This document shows positions 49,805 through 57,166 of a stretch of DNA of 64,000 nt, piece by piece. The stretch's first letter is position 1. Every line of letters begins with the position of its first letter. The stretch lies in NCBI GenBank assembly GCA_035652555.1, contig DASRDO010000049.1:69379-133378 (forward strand). The letters run 5' to 3'. The notes beneath the pieces were generated by a model. It was given only the letters and a program-made list of their open reading frames with translations. It was not told where the DNA came from and made no database searches. The position numbers and the translations under genes were made by a program. The stretch comes from Steroidobacteraceae bacterium (GTDB lineage Bacteria > Pseudomonadota > Gammaproteobacteria > Steroidobacterales > Steroidobacteraceae).

Positions 49805-50362
49805 TCACGCGCCCGGGCCGTACAGCTCCTGCTCGCTGACGGCCGGTTGCATGGCCTGCGGCTGCGCCGCACGCCGGGCAGCGCCGAACATTGCGCCACG
49901 CGCGGTGACCACCGGGGCAAAGCGCGCGAACCCGACCGGCTTGGCGACGTCATCGTAGATCGCTTCCATCCCTCCCTGCCTGAGATAGGTCTCGTGCCAA
50001 AACCCGGTGCCCCCGGAGTTGCGCAGAAAGGTCTTCCACCACTGACGGTGCGGCTCCGAGTGAGACCAGGCGAGCAGTGACTGCATGTCGCGCCAGTACT
50101 GGCGCATTCCGAAGTGCAGCGGCAACAGCGAAAAGAGCAGGTTCTCGTGCAGCAGCAGTCCGTCGGGCCGTGCGGCCACGGAATCCGAGATCTTGGGGCC
50201 GAACCCCGCCAGCGTCTTCAGGCCCGCGATGCGGTTGACGCGCATCCCCAGGTAAATGACCACGAGCTCAGGATATTTCGAGAGGTCGACAGTGAGGCGA
50301 TTGACCGGCGTCATGTTGCTGCCCTCGTATTGCGGATTGCCGTGCAGGTGCTGCAGGTACAT
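49805..50362 (-). CDS. DUF4188 domain-containing protein
   Basis: Motifs LVVIYLGMRVNR..., LLHENLLF..., MRQYWRDMQSLLAWSHSEPHRQWW and GFWHETY match my recollection of the DUF4188 family. An alternative start is MTPVNR at 50314. Confidence 0.75.
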   Translation of the reverse strand: MYLQHLHGNPQYEGSNMTPVNRLTVDLSKYPELVVIYLGMRVNRIAGLKTLAGFGPKISDSVAARPDGLLLHENLLFSLLPLHFGMRQYWRDMQSLLAWSHSEPHRQWWKTFLRNSGGTGFWHETYLRQGGMEAIYDDVAKPVGFARFAPVVTARGAMFGAARRAAQPQAMQPAVSEQELYGPGA

Positions 50363-50391
50363 CTGCGTGACGCCGGAGCCGTCACCGTGCT

Positions 50392-50440
50392 AATGTAACC
50401 AATGGTCACATCATAGAGGCATATGTTACCAATGTCAACA
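50392..50440. promoter_or_regulatory. two tandem 19-nt operator-like sites (ATGTAACCAATGGTCACAT / ATGTTACCAATGTCAACAT), 30 bp apart
   Basis: The sites lie at 50392-50410 and 50422-50440 and share 15/19 positions. Each is an imperfect palindrome around AAT. They sit in the AT-rich divergent region between DUF4188 and TetR. The second overlaps the first ATG of the TetR ORF, so the TetR start may be the ATG at 50432. Confidence 0.45.
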
Positions 50441-51085
50441 TCTGCGCCGCGATCGCGCTCCGGACGAAGCCGAGGACGTTCGTATCACCATGGGGACCTG
50501 CGCAACGCGCTGATCGAGGCTACCGTGGAGCTCATTCCCGCGGCCGGCGTCCGCGGGCTCAGCCTGCGTGAGGTGGCGCGAGCCGCAGGAGTGAGCCACG
50601 CCGCCTCATACCGGCATTTTCGCGACAAGGAGAGCCTGCTCGCAGCGGTTGCGGAAACGGGCTTTTCAAACCTGGGCGAAGCGCTTCGCCGCGCAGCCCA
50701 ATCCGCGGGGCCGGACCCTGTCGCCAAGCTGCAGGCGGCGGGTGTCGCCTACGTCGAGTTCGCCATGCGCCATCCGGCTCACCTGCACGTGATGTTTGGT
50801 GGTGCGATCGGGAGCTTCGACCGATATCCGACACTACTGGCCAGCGCGCGTGCGGCGCGTGCGGAGTTGCACGAAGTGGTCGCGGAGATCAGCCGCAAGG
50901 GTTCAGCCGGCGAAGCCGAGGAAGAGGTTCTCGAGGCGGCGGCCTGGTCGATCGTCCACGGGCTCAGCGTTCTGCTCGCCGATGGTCAAATGCGGCGCCA
51001 GGATGGCACGCAGCTATCGAGGCGCGCCGGCCTGAGCCTCGCGCAGGCGGTCACGCAACTGTTCTGCGCCGGATTAGCTGCATAG
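50423..51085 (+). CDS. TetR/AcrR-family transcriptional regulator
   Basis: The N-terminus reads YHHGDLRNALIEATVELIPAAGVRGLSLREVARAAGVSHAASYRHFRDKESLL. It is divergent from the DUF4188 gene. Confidence 0.85.
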   Translation: MLPMSTSAPRSRSGRSRGRSYHHGDLRNALIEATVELIPAAGVRGLSLREVARAAGVSHAASYRHFRDKESLLAAVAETGFSNLGEALRRAAQSAGPDPVAKLQAAGVAYVEFAMRHPAHLHVMFGGAIGSFDRYPTLLASARAARAELHEVVAEISRKGSAGEAEEEVLEAAAWSIVHGLSVLLADGQMRRQDGTQLSRRAGLSLAQAVTQLFCAGLAA

Positions 51086-51188
51086 GGAATCCGCGTTGGG
51101 TCCGGCGCCATCGCGGAGCGCTTCGCCCGGCGCCCCGACTGTCGAGCCGTACGCAGCGGCGCTAGCTATGGCGGATTGACCGCCGAGG

Positions 51189-52208
51189 TCATTCCGCGGA
51201 CGAGGCCCCCACCGCCACCCAGGCGAGATCGGCATTGGAGACGGACTCCAGCTTGAAGGTGCGCGCCGCGGCCGTCATCCGCGTCAGCGCCTGAGCGAGC
51301 GGCATGGGCGGCTTGGTGTCGCCTTTCTTGCTCTTGTGGAAGCGCACGGGGTTGATGCGTGCGACCACGTAGTTGCGCAGGTATGGCGATTTGAAGCCGC
51401 GCTGCTGCAGGGAGGCGATGATCTTCTTCACCTGCGCATCGATCTCGAGCAGCCGCGAGGCGTAGTCCTCGCGCTCCCGCAGGCTCGTGGCCAGGGGGCG
51501 CTCGCTGAAGCGGTCCACTTTCTTCAGCAATGCGCTGTAGGCGCCACCCGCGAACCGCGATGAGCGCTCGTAGACGATGCCGAGCGTCAGCAGGTCGGCG
51601 GACTCGAACTCCGCCGCGCGCTGCGACTCGCTGCCGCCTTTCTCCCGCTTGGCGAGGCTGCGCGCCATGCGGATGACTTCGAGGCTCCGATCGCGCAGGT
51701 TGTGCGCCTTCTCGGTGTTCAACGCCAGGATGCGATAGGCCAGTGCCTCATCCGGCGAGATGAGGGCCGTGATCTGCCGCAAGCCGAGGACTTTCGCGGC
51801 CGCCAGGCGGTGGCGGCCGTTCGGGGTCCACAGCCGGCCATCCTCGCCGCGGACCACGATCAGGGGATCGAGAAAGGCCGCAGTCTCGCCGATCTTTTCC
51901 GCCAACCTCTTGGCATGCGCGGGGGAGAGATCGCGCTGGAAGGGTGTCGGCTGCACCGCTGCCAGCGGCAGGCATGCCAGCAGCAGTGGCCGTCCGCCCA
52001 TGGGCTCACGGTAGGCGCCGATGGGCGCACCTCCGGCCTCACGCACCAGTGAGGCCAGCTCGGCCACCTCGGAGTTGTCGATGGCCACGGCAATCTCCGC
52101 CGCTTCGAGGCCACGCGCCTGCGCTCCCGGGGCGAGCTTCCCTCGCGCGCGCTTGGATCTGGTTGCGGGCCGGTCGCGGCCGGCGGACGTCTTCTTGCGA
52201 GCTGCCAT
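51189..52208 (-). CDS. ParB/Srx-fold (ParB N-terminal domain) protein, with no ParA partner
   Basis: Start taken at MAARKKTSAGRDRP (52206-52208). It has a basic N-tail. The ParB-like core reads LPLAAVQPTPFQRDLSPAHAKRLAEKI...LDPLIVV...RLWTPNGRHRLAAAKVLG. The C-terminal ~180 aa have no family I recognise. Confidence 0.7.
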   Translation of the reverse strand: MAARKKTSAGRDRPATRSKRARGKLAPGAQARGLEAAEIAVAIDNSEVAELASLVREAGGAPIGAYREPMGGRPLLLACLPLAAVQPTPFQRDLSPAHAKRLAEKIGETAAFLDPLIVVRGEDGRLWTPNGRHRLAAAKVLGLRQITALISPDEALAYRILALNTEKAHNLRDRSLEVIRMARSLAKREKGGSESQRAAEFESADLLTLGIVYERSSRFAGGAYSALLKKVDRFSERPLATSLREREDYASRLLEIDAQVKKIIASLQQRGFKSPYLRNYVVARINPVRFHKSKKGDTKPPMPLAQALTRMTAAARTFKLESVSNADLAWVAVGASSAE

Positions 52209-52223
52209 ACGTGCTACGGTGCA

Positions 52224-52239
52224 CAATACGCACGTATTG
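52224..52239. promoter_or_regulatory. inverted repeat CAATACG-CA-CGTATTG immediately upstream of the ParB-like start
   Basis: 7-bp perfect arms (52224-52230 / 52233-52239), 16 nt from the start codon at 52208. Confidence 0.35.
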
Positions 52240-52247
52240 GTCAATTG

Positions 52248-52334
52248 CTGCAAGCCGCCCGGGGCTGTGGCCGATTGACTGCAAGTCCCTGCGGCTATCC
52301 TCAATGGGCTGCAAGTCGCCTACGGCGCTTGCAG
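52248..52334. repeat. phased array of the heptamer CTGCAAG (3 direct copies + 1 inverted)
   Basis: CTGCAAG occurs at 52248, 52279 and 52309 (spacing 31 and 30 bp). Each copy is preceded by a (C/G)A(A/T)T(T/G)G-like element and followed by (C/T)C. The inverted copy CTTGCAG lies at 52328-52334 and forms an 8-bp stem (GCTGCAAG/CTTGCAGC) with copy 3. Confidence 0.5.
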
Positions 52335-52361
52335 CGATCTCCGTCGGACTGGTATGGGCTC

Positions 52362-52388
52362 GCGGCCCAGGGAGCGGCCCTGGGCCGC
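52362..52388 (+). other. strong GC hairpin (11-bp stem GCGGCCCAGGG / CCCTGGGCCGC, 5-nt loop) in the MATE gene leader
   Basis: The arms are exact reverse complements at 52362-52372 and 52378-52388. The hairpin is followed by TCAATCTTGTTCGG and lies 23 nt before the MATE ATG (52411). It could be a terminator/attenuator or a REP-like element. Confidence 0.4.
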
Positions 52389-52410
52389 TCAATCTTGTTC
52401 GGATGTAGAG

Positions 52411-53847
52411 ATGGACACGACCTCCTCATCGCTGCGGGCGCCGGCCGGCAGCCTGCCGGCACGGCGCATCGATTCCCAAGGGCACTCGCACGTTGATTTT
52501 CGCGCCGTGATGGCGCTCGCCCTCCCGCTGATGGCCAACAGCGCCGTGCAGATCATTCTGAATCTCACGGACATGTGGTTCGTGGGGCACATCTCCACTG
52601 CGGCGCTGGCGGCGGTCGGTGCCGTGCAGTGGATGATTCTTGCCGTGGTGCTGGTGCTCGGGGGTGCCGGAATGGCCGTGCAAACGCTTGCTGCACACGC
52701 CCACGGCGCACGCCGCTATCGGCTTGCTGCCCAGGCCGCTTGGACGGCGCTTTGGCTGACTGTCTGTGTCGTGCCTGTGTTCATTGCGCTTGGTGCGGTA
52801 GGCAGGTCGATCCTCGCGCCTTTCGGGTTCACGCCGCGCGTCGAGGATCTCGCGCAGGAGTTCTGGTTCCCCCGGGTCGGGGGCGCCTCATTTGGCGTCG
52901 CGGCCTGGGCGATGATCGGCTTTTTCAACGGCATCGGCCGTCCGCGCGTCAGCTTCCTGGTGGCCATTGCGACGGCCATCGCCAACGCCATCTTCAACTA
53001 CCTGTTCATCTTCCAGTTGGGGTGGGGCGTTGCCGGCTCCGCATGGGCGAGCAATGTCGCGCAGGCGGTGGGCTTTGCAATCGCGTTCGCCCTTTTTCTC
53101 AGGGTGCCATTCCGCCAGTCCCACAAATCACACCTGGCGTGGCGTCCGCGCAGGCGCCTCATCCGGGAGCAGATCCTCCTGGGCTTGCCGATGGGCCTGA
53201 TGCCCGCCGCCGACGTGCTCGGCTTTTCCGTTTTTCAGATGATGGAAGTCCGCTATGGCACTGTCGCCGGTGCGGCGACTCAGATGGTCTCCGTGTTGAC
53301 TTCCATTGCCTACATGCCCGGGATCGGCATAGCCACCGCCGGTACGACGCTGGTCGGCCAGTCGATTGGTGCCGGGGACCGGCACTGGGCCATGCGTCTC
53401 GGTACCCGGATCATCCTGCTCGCGGCCCTGGTGATGGGCGGCATCGGCTTTGCTCTCGCGGTCGCAGGCCCATGGATTCTGCCGCTCTTTGCCGGCTCTC
53501 ACGATCGGGGCGCGGCCGCTGCGGCCGACCTGGGAGTGCAACTGCTCTGGCTCGCGGCCGCGTATCAGTTCTTCGACGGCCTGAATCTCGGCAGCAGCAT
53601 GTGTCTGCGTGGCGCCGGCGATGTCAGAGTGCCGGTCGCGCTCGTCTTCCCGGTATGCTGGCTAGTGTTCGTGCCGCTCGCGCACATCATGATCTTCGCG
53701 CCGGGCCAGGGTTGGTTTCACTTCCTGCCGCAGTTGGGCTATGGCGCCAAGGGCGGCTGGGCGGCCGTCGTCATCTACGTCGTGCTCCTCGGGATGACGC
53801 TGCTCCTGCGGTGGCGCTCGCGCGCCTGGCAGCGAATCAGGCTTTAG
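52411..53847 (+). CDS. MATE-family efflux transporter
   Basis: Start taken at MDTTSSS (52411). The MATE N-terminus reads VMALALPLMANSAVQIILNLTDMWFVGHIS. There are about 12 TM helices with a two-fold repeat. Confidence 0.88.
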   Translation: MDTTSSSLRAPAGSLPARRIDSQGHSHVDFRAVMALALPLMANSAVQIILNLTDMWFVGHISTAALAAVGAVQWMILAVVLVLGGAGMAVQTLAAHAHGARRYRLAAQAAWTALWLTVCVVPVFIALGAVGRSILAPFGFTPRVEDLAQEFWFPRVGGASFGVAAWAMIGFFNGIGRPRVSFLVAIATAIANAIFNYLFIFQLGWGVAGSAWASNVAQAVGFAIAFALFLRVPFRQSHKSHLAWRPRRRLIREQILLGLPMGLMPAADVLGFSVFQMMEVRYGTVAGAATQMVSVLTSIAYMPGIGIATAGTTLVGQSIGAGDRHWAMRLGTRIILLAALVMGGIGFALAVAGPWILPLFAGSHDRGAAAAADLGVQLLWLAAAYQFFDGLNLGSSMCLRGAGDVRVPVALVFPVCWLVFVPLAHIMIFAPGQGWFHFLPQLGYGAKGGWAAVVIYVVLLGMTLLLRWRSRAWQRIRL

Positions 53848-54517
53848 AGCGCTCTCGGCCCGTCCCCGGACTGGACGTCGCAGCGCGCCGCGGGCGCCGG
53901 ACGATCCGCAACTTCCCGCTGGCGCCTCCGCCGCAGAAGAAGCGGTCCCCGCCATCGGATTCGAGGCCGGAGATACCCGTGCCCGGTGGCATCTCGATCT
54001 GCTCCAGGACCTCTCCCGTGCGCGAGTCGACTTGCCGCAGCTCGCTCTCATCCCCTTCCCAGGTTGCATGCCAGAGCTCACCGTGCACCCAGGTCACGCC
54101 CGTGACGAAGCGGTTGGATTCGATCGTGCGCAGAATCGCGCCGGTGTCCGGATCGATCTGATGGATCCTGCGGCTCCGATACTCACCTACCCAGAGCGTC
54201 CCTTCGGCCCAGGCGAGGCCCGAGTCTCCGCCCCCGCCCGGGGCGGGAATGGTGGCCAGCACCCGGCCGGTCTCGAGATCGATCTTGTGAATCCGGTCTC
54301 CCGCAATCTGAAAGAGGTGGTGGCCGTCGAAGGCGGTTCCGGCGTGCGCGGCGGCATCGATCGAGCGCAGCACCGCTCCGCTCTCGGGATCGACGGCTCT
54401 CAGCCTCTCGCCGTCTGCAACCCACACGTTGCGGCCATCGTATGTAACTCCGTTGACGCGGGCGGAACCCTCGAACGGTCCGTGCTCTTTGACGATGTCG
54501 GCGGTCGACCTGCTCAT
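53837..54517 (-). CDS. beta-propeller protein, glutamine-cyclotransferase-like (tentative)
   Basis: 226 aa. It has repeated motifs of the form G..W(V/H)...R(I/L)..(I/V)D..(S/T)G.VL (VWVADGERLRAVDPESGAVL, HKIDLETGRVL, LWVGEYRSRRIHQIDPDTGAIL, LWHATW...LRQVDSRTGEVL). The family assignment is from memory only. Confidence 0.5.
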   Translation of the reverse strand: MSRSTADIVKEHGPFEGSARVNGVTYDGRNVWVADGERLRAVDPESGAVLRSIDAAAHAGTAFDGHHLFQIAGDRIHKIDLETGRVLATIPAPGGGGDSGLAWAEGTLWVGEYRSRRIHQIDPDTGAILRTIESNRFVTGVTWVHGELWHATWEGDESELRQVDSRTGEVLEQIEMPPGTGISGLESDGGDRFFCGGGASGKLRIVRRPRRAATSSPGTGRERSKA

Positions 54518-54568
54518 ACTCCGCTCTCTCTCGCGATGGGGTGGTTTGGACGAGCGACGAGCTGCATG

Positions 54569-55789
54569 CTAATCGACGGGCAGGGACGGCAGAAGTAACA
54601 AGCTCGTCGCGAATCCCGGCACGGGCGGCACCAGCCAGCGGCGCGCGCGCCCGCGCCCGAACGACTGTACTTTGCCTGCCGCCGAAAGGGAGTCGAGCGC
54701 GCGCTGCACCGTGCGCTGGCTCGTGCGCAACCCCAGCGCCAATGCGGAGGTCGACCATGACTCACCGTCCCCGAGAAAGGCGAGCACGGCGGCATGTCTC
54801 TCCTCGAGAGGCCGGGCGAGCACGACGACCCGGCGCGCGCCGTGTGGGGAAAGTACGAAGCCCCGCTCTGTCGCGTTGATCTCGGCCAGTGGCCGCAGCA
54901 CCGCGCGCAGCCGCGCCATCTCAACTCGCAGTCTCGCGCGGTGCGACTCGTCGGCCAGCTTCAGTCGGAAAGCCCCAGCGACCAGCGTGTCTCTCGGCAC
55001 ATCATCCGGCCAGGCCTCGCCGAGCATGCGGATCAGACTGAACAGCACGGGGCGAGTTGCAAGGGAGATGACCTTGCGCTCATGGCGGACCGCATGACGG
55101 CACGCGTCGACGACGAACGCCTCGGAGGCGAGCAGCGCTTCGACTTCCGCGAGGAGAAGGGTCCGCTCCTTGCCGCGCTCACACAATCGCGCCACGGGCG
55201 TGCTCAGCATGGCGAGCGCGCCGCCGACTTCGGCCGCCAGAGCCGGAATGCCCGCCTGGCGCGCAGCATCCGCGGCGCGGGTGAGCGCGGCGCGAGCCGG
55301 CTTCGCTCTGATCCGCCGCATGGCGATACCGGCGAGGAGCAGCTCATGCGCTGCCTTCGATGCTGGAGGAAGTGGCGCCGGGTCGACGTGGGCGAGCAGG
55401 CTCTCGGCTTCATCGAGTCTTCCGGCGAGGAGAAGATGTCGCGCTTGCAGGTACCGCGCGAGGGCTGCATTCACCTTGTCTCCGTGCGCCTCGAGTGTCG
55501 CCCCCGCCTGCGGCAGCGCCTTCGCGGCCCAGCCCAGGTCGCGTGCAGCCAGGGCGACCTCCGCCTCAGCGAGCACGCACCGCGCGCGGGCCACGGCTTC
55601 CCTCGGGCCAAAGGCACGCGTGGCACTGCGCAGGAGCGTCCTCGCTTTCGCGTGCTCGCCGAGCTGCGCCATTGCAATGCCTCTGAGCGCGAGCGCCGGC
55701 GCGTCATCACGCAGTGCGACCCGCTTCAACGCGCCGAGGGGGTCTCCTGCCGCGAGCGCCCGTGCGGCAGCCGTGATCAGCGAGTCCAC
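54569..55789 (-). CDS. transcriptional regulator with a helical-repeat N-domain, an OmpR/BTAD-like winged helix and a C-terminal HTH
   Basis: 406 aa. The N-terminus is Ala/Leu-rich and TPR-like. The central segment is ISLATRPVLFSLIRMLGEAWPDDVPRDTLVAGAF...RLRVEMARLRAVL. The C-terminus is WSTSALALGLRTSQRTVQRALDSLSAAGKV. It is divergent from the DUF899 gene. Confidence 0.6.
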   Translation of the reverse strand: MDSLITAAARALAAGDPLGALKRVALRDDAPALALRGIAMAQLGEHAKARTLLRSATRAFGPREAVARARCVLAEAEVALAARDLGWAAKALPQAGATLEAHGDKVNAALARYLQARHLLLAGRLDEAESLLAHVDPAPLPPASKAAHELLLAGIAMRRIRAKPARAALTRAADAARQAGIPALAAEVGGALAMLSTPVARLCERGKERTLLLAEVEALLASEAFVVDACRHAVRHERKVISLATRPVLFSLIRMLGEAWPDDVPRDTLVAGAFRLKLADESHRARLRVEMARLRAVLRPLAEINATERGFVLSPHGARRVVVLARPLEERHAAVLAFLGDGESWSTSALALGLRTSQRTVQRALDSLSAAGKVQSFGRGRARRWLVPPVPGFATSLLLLPSLPVD

Positions 55790-55879
55790 CGGAATCCCGC
55801 CACGCTTGTAACTCTCAGATCGGGAGGCCTGTCGCTAGCATTATCTCACGACTCGCCATTCACCCCGTGGGAGACCATC

Positions 55880-56659
55880 ATGACGAAATCGACCCAACCC
55901 GGGCACCTGACCGGCACGCGCGAGCAGTGGCTCGCAGGGCGTCTCGAGCTGCTCGAAGCGGAGAAGGAGCTCACACGACTGAGCGATGAGCTCGCGCAGC
56001 AGCGCCAGGCGTTGCCCTGGGTGCGCATCGACAAGGACTACCGGTTCGAGACCGACCAGGGAGGCGCCAGCCTCACGGACCTCTTCCAGGGACGCTCGCA
56101 GCTCCTCGTCTACCATCTCATGTTTGGACCCGACTACGCTGCAGCATGTCCGTCCTGCTCGATGATCGCGGACGGATTCAACGGGTTCGTCGTTCACCTC
56201 GCCAATCACGATGTCACCCTCTGTGCGGTATCGCGCGCGCCGCTGGCGAAGCTGCAGGCGTACAAGCGACGGATGGGCTGGACATTCCCCTGGGCGTCCT
56301 CCTTCGAAAGCGATTTCAACTTCGATTTCAATATCGCCATCACCGAGGAGCAGCAGCGAGCGGGCAATACGGAGTACAACTATCGGCGGTCCGCACATCC
56401 GCTGGATGCGCCATCGGTGCCACCACCCGTGGCCCAATTCGCGGCCACGTGCGGTACCGATGCGGATACCTTCAGGCGCGACCGGCCCGGCATGAGTGCG
56501 TTCGTGCTGCAGGACGGAGCCGTCTACCACACGTACTCGACATATGCGCGTGGGCTGGATGTCCTTTGGGGTGCCTACCAGTGGCTCGATCGCGCTCCGC
56601 TCGGCCGCAACGAGCAGGGACTCTGGTGGAAACGCCGCGACGAGTACGGCGTGCGCTGA
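55880..56659 (+). CDS. DUF899-family thioredoxin-like protein
   Basis: Start taken at MTKSTQPGH (55880). Motifs: REQWLAGRLELLEAEKELTR, LLVYHLMFGPDYAAACPSCS, AVSRAPLAKLQAYKRRMGWTFPW, FVLQDGAVYHTYSTYARG. Confidence 0.8.
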   Translation: MTKSTQPGHLTGTREQWLAGRLELLEAEKELTRLSDELAQQRQALPWVRIDKDYRFETDQGGASLTDLFQGRSQLLVYHLMFGPDYAAACPSCSMIADGFNGFVVHLANHDVTLCAVSRAPLAKLQAYKRRMGWTFPWASSFESDFNFDFNIAITEEQQRAGNTEYNYRRSAHPLDAPSVPPPVAQFAATCGTDADTFRRDRPGMSAFVLQDGAVYHTYSTYARGLDVLWGAYQWLDRAPLGRNEQGLWWKRRDEYGVR

Positions 56660-56674
56660 GCGTCCGCTGCCCGC

Positions 56675-57061
56675 TCACGGATCCTTACGCCGCGGACCGC
56701 CCTGTGGTTTGTTCGACTGGTTGTAGGGGTCGTAGCCGCCCCCCGGGTCGCGGTCCTCCTGAATGCGCAGCTCCTCGTCCTCCTTGGCCTCGACCTTGAG
56801 GTGCGGCAGCTCCAGCTTCTTCAGCAGCCGGGAAGTCGTGCCGATGGCGTTTCGTCCGGTTTCCTTCAGCCAGTCCCAAACGGCGTTGCCGCGATCATCG
56901 TGGCGGACGCGGCCCGAAGGGATTGGATCGTGCGGAGCGGATGGGCGGGACGAATGGGAAGCGGCGCCGGAGCGGGTATCCTTTGGAGCCGCCTCACCGG
57001 ATCCGGCCGCTGATTGACTCGGCAGCGTGGATTTCGATTTAGACGGTTGCGGAGGCTCCAT
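56675..57061 (-). CDS. small low-complexity hypothetical protein
   Basis: This is the 128-aa C-terminal part of a 349-aa track ORF, with the start taken at MEPPQPS (57059-57061). It has a Ser/Pro-rich N-terminus, then GNAVWDWLKETGRNAIGTTSRLLKKLELPHLKV and a C-terminal ...DPGGGYDPYNQ. No family is recognised. The upstream part of the long ORF is antisense to the S9 peptidase. Confidence 0.4.
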   Translation of the reverse strand: MEPPQPSKSKSTLPSQSAAGSGEAAPKDTRSGAASHSSRPSAPHDPIPSGRVRHDDRGNAVWDWLKETGRNAIGTTSRLLKKLELPHLKVEAKEDEELRIQEDRDPGGGYDPYNQSNKPQGGPRRKDP

Positions 57062-57166
57062 AATGCGCCCACCCGACGCCCTGACACGCCTGTACGGACT
57101 ATAGCGGAGTTCCCGCAGCCGCACCACCGGCCATAATACGACACCGCTCTTCCAGGGGGAGGTTGC

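Noticed and set aside
52248-52334. The CTGCAAG repeats as a miniature CRISPR array.
   Set aside because: The conserved unit is only about 7-14 nt. The spacers are about 23 nt of partly related sequence. There are only 3-4 copies and no cas genes. The pattern fits protein-binding iterons better.
51189-52410. A ParABS partition locus, plasmid or prophage origin, or an integrated mobile element.
   Set aside because: There is no parA, rep, integrase, transposase, tRNA attachment site or flanking direct repeats. The repeats do not resemble the canonical parS palindrome. The neighbouring genes (TetR, MATE) are ordinary chromosomal genes with the same GC-rich composition.
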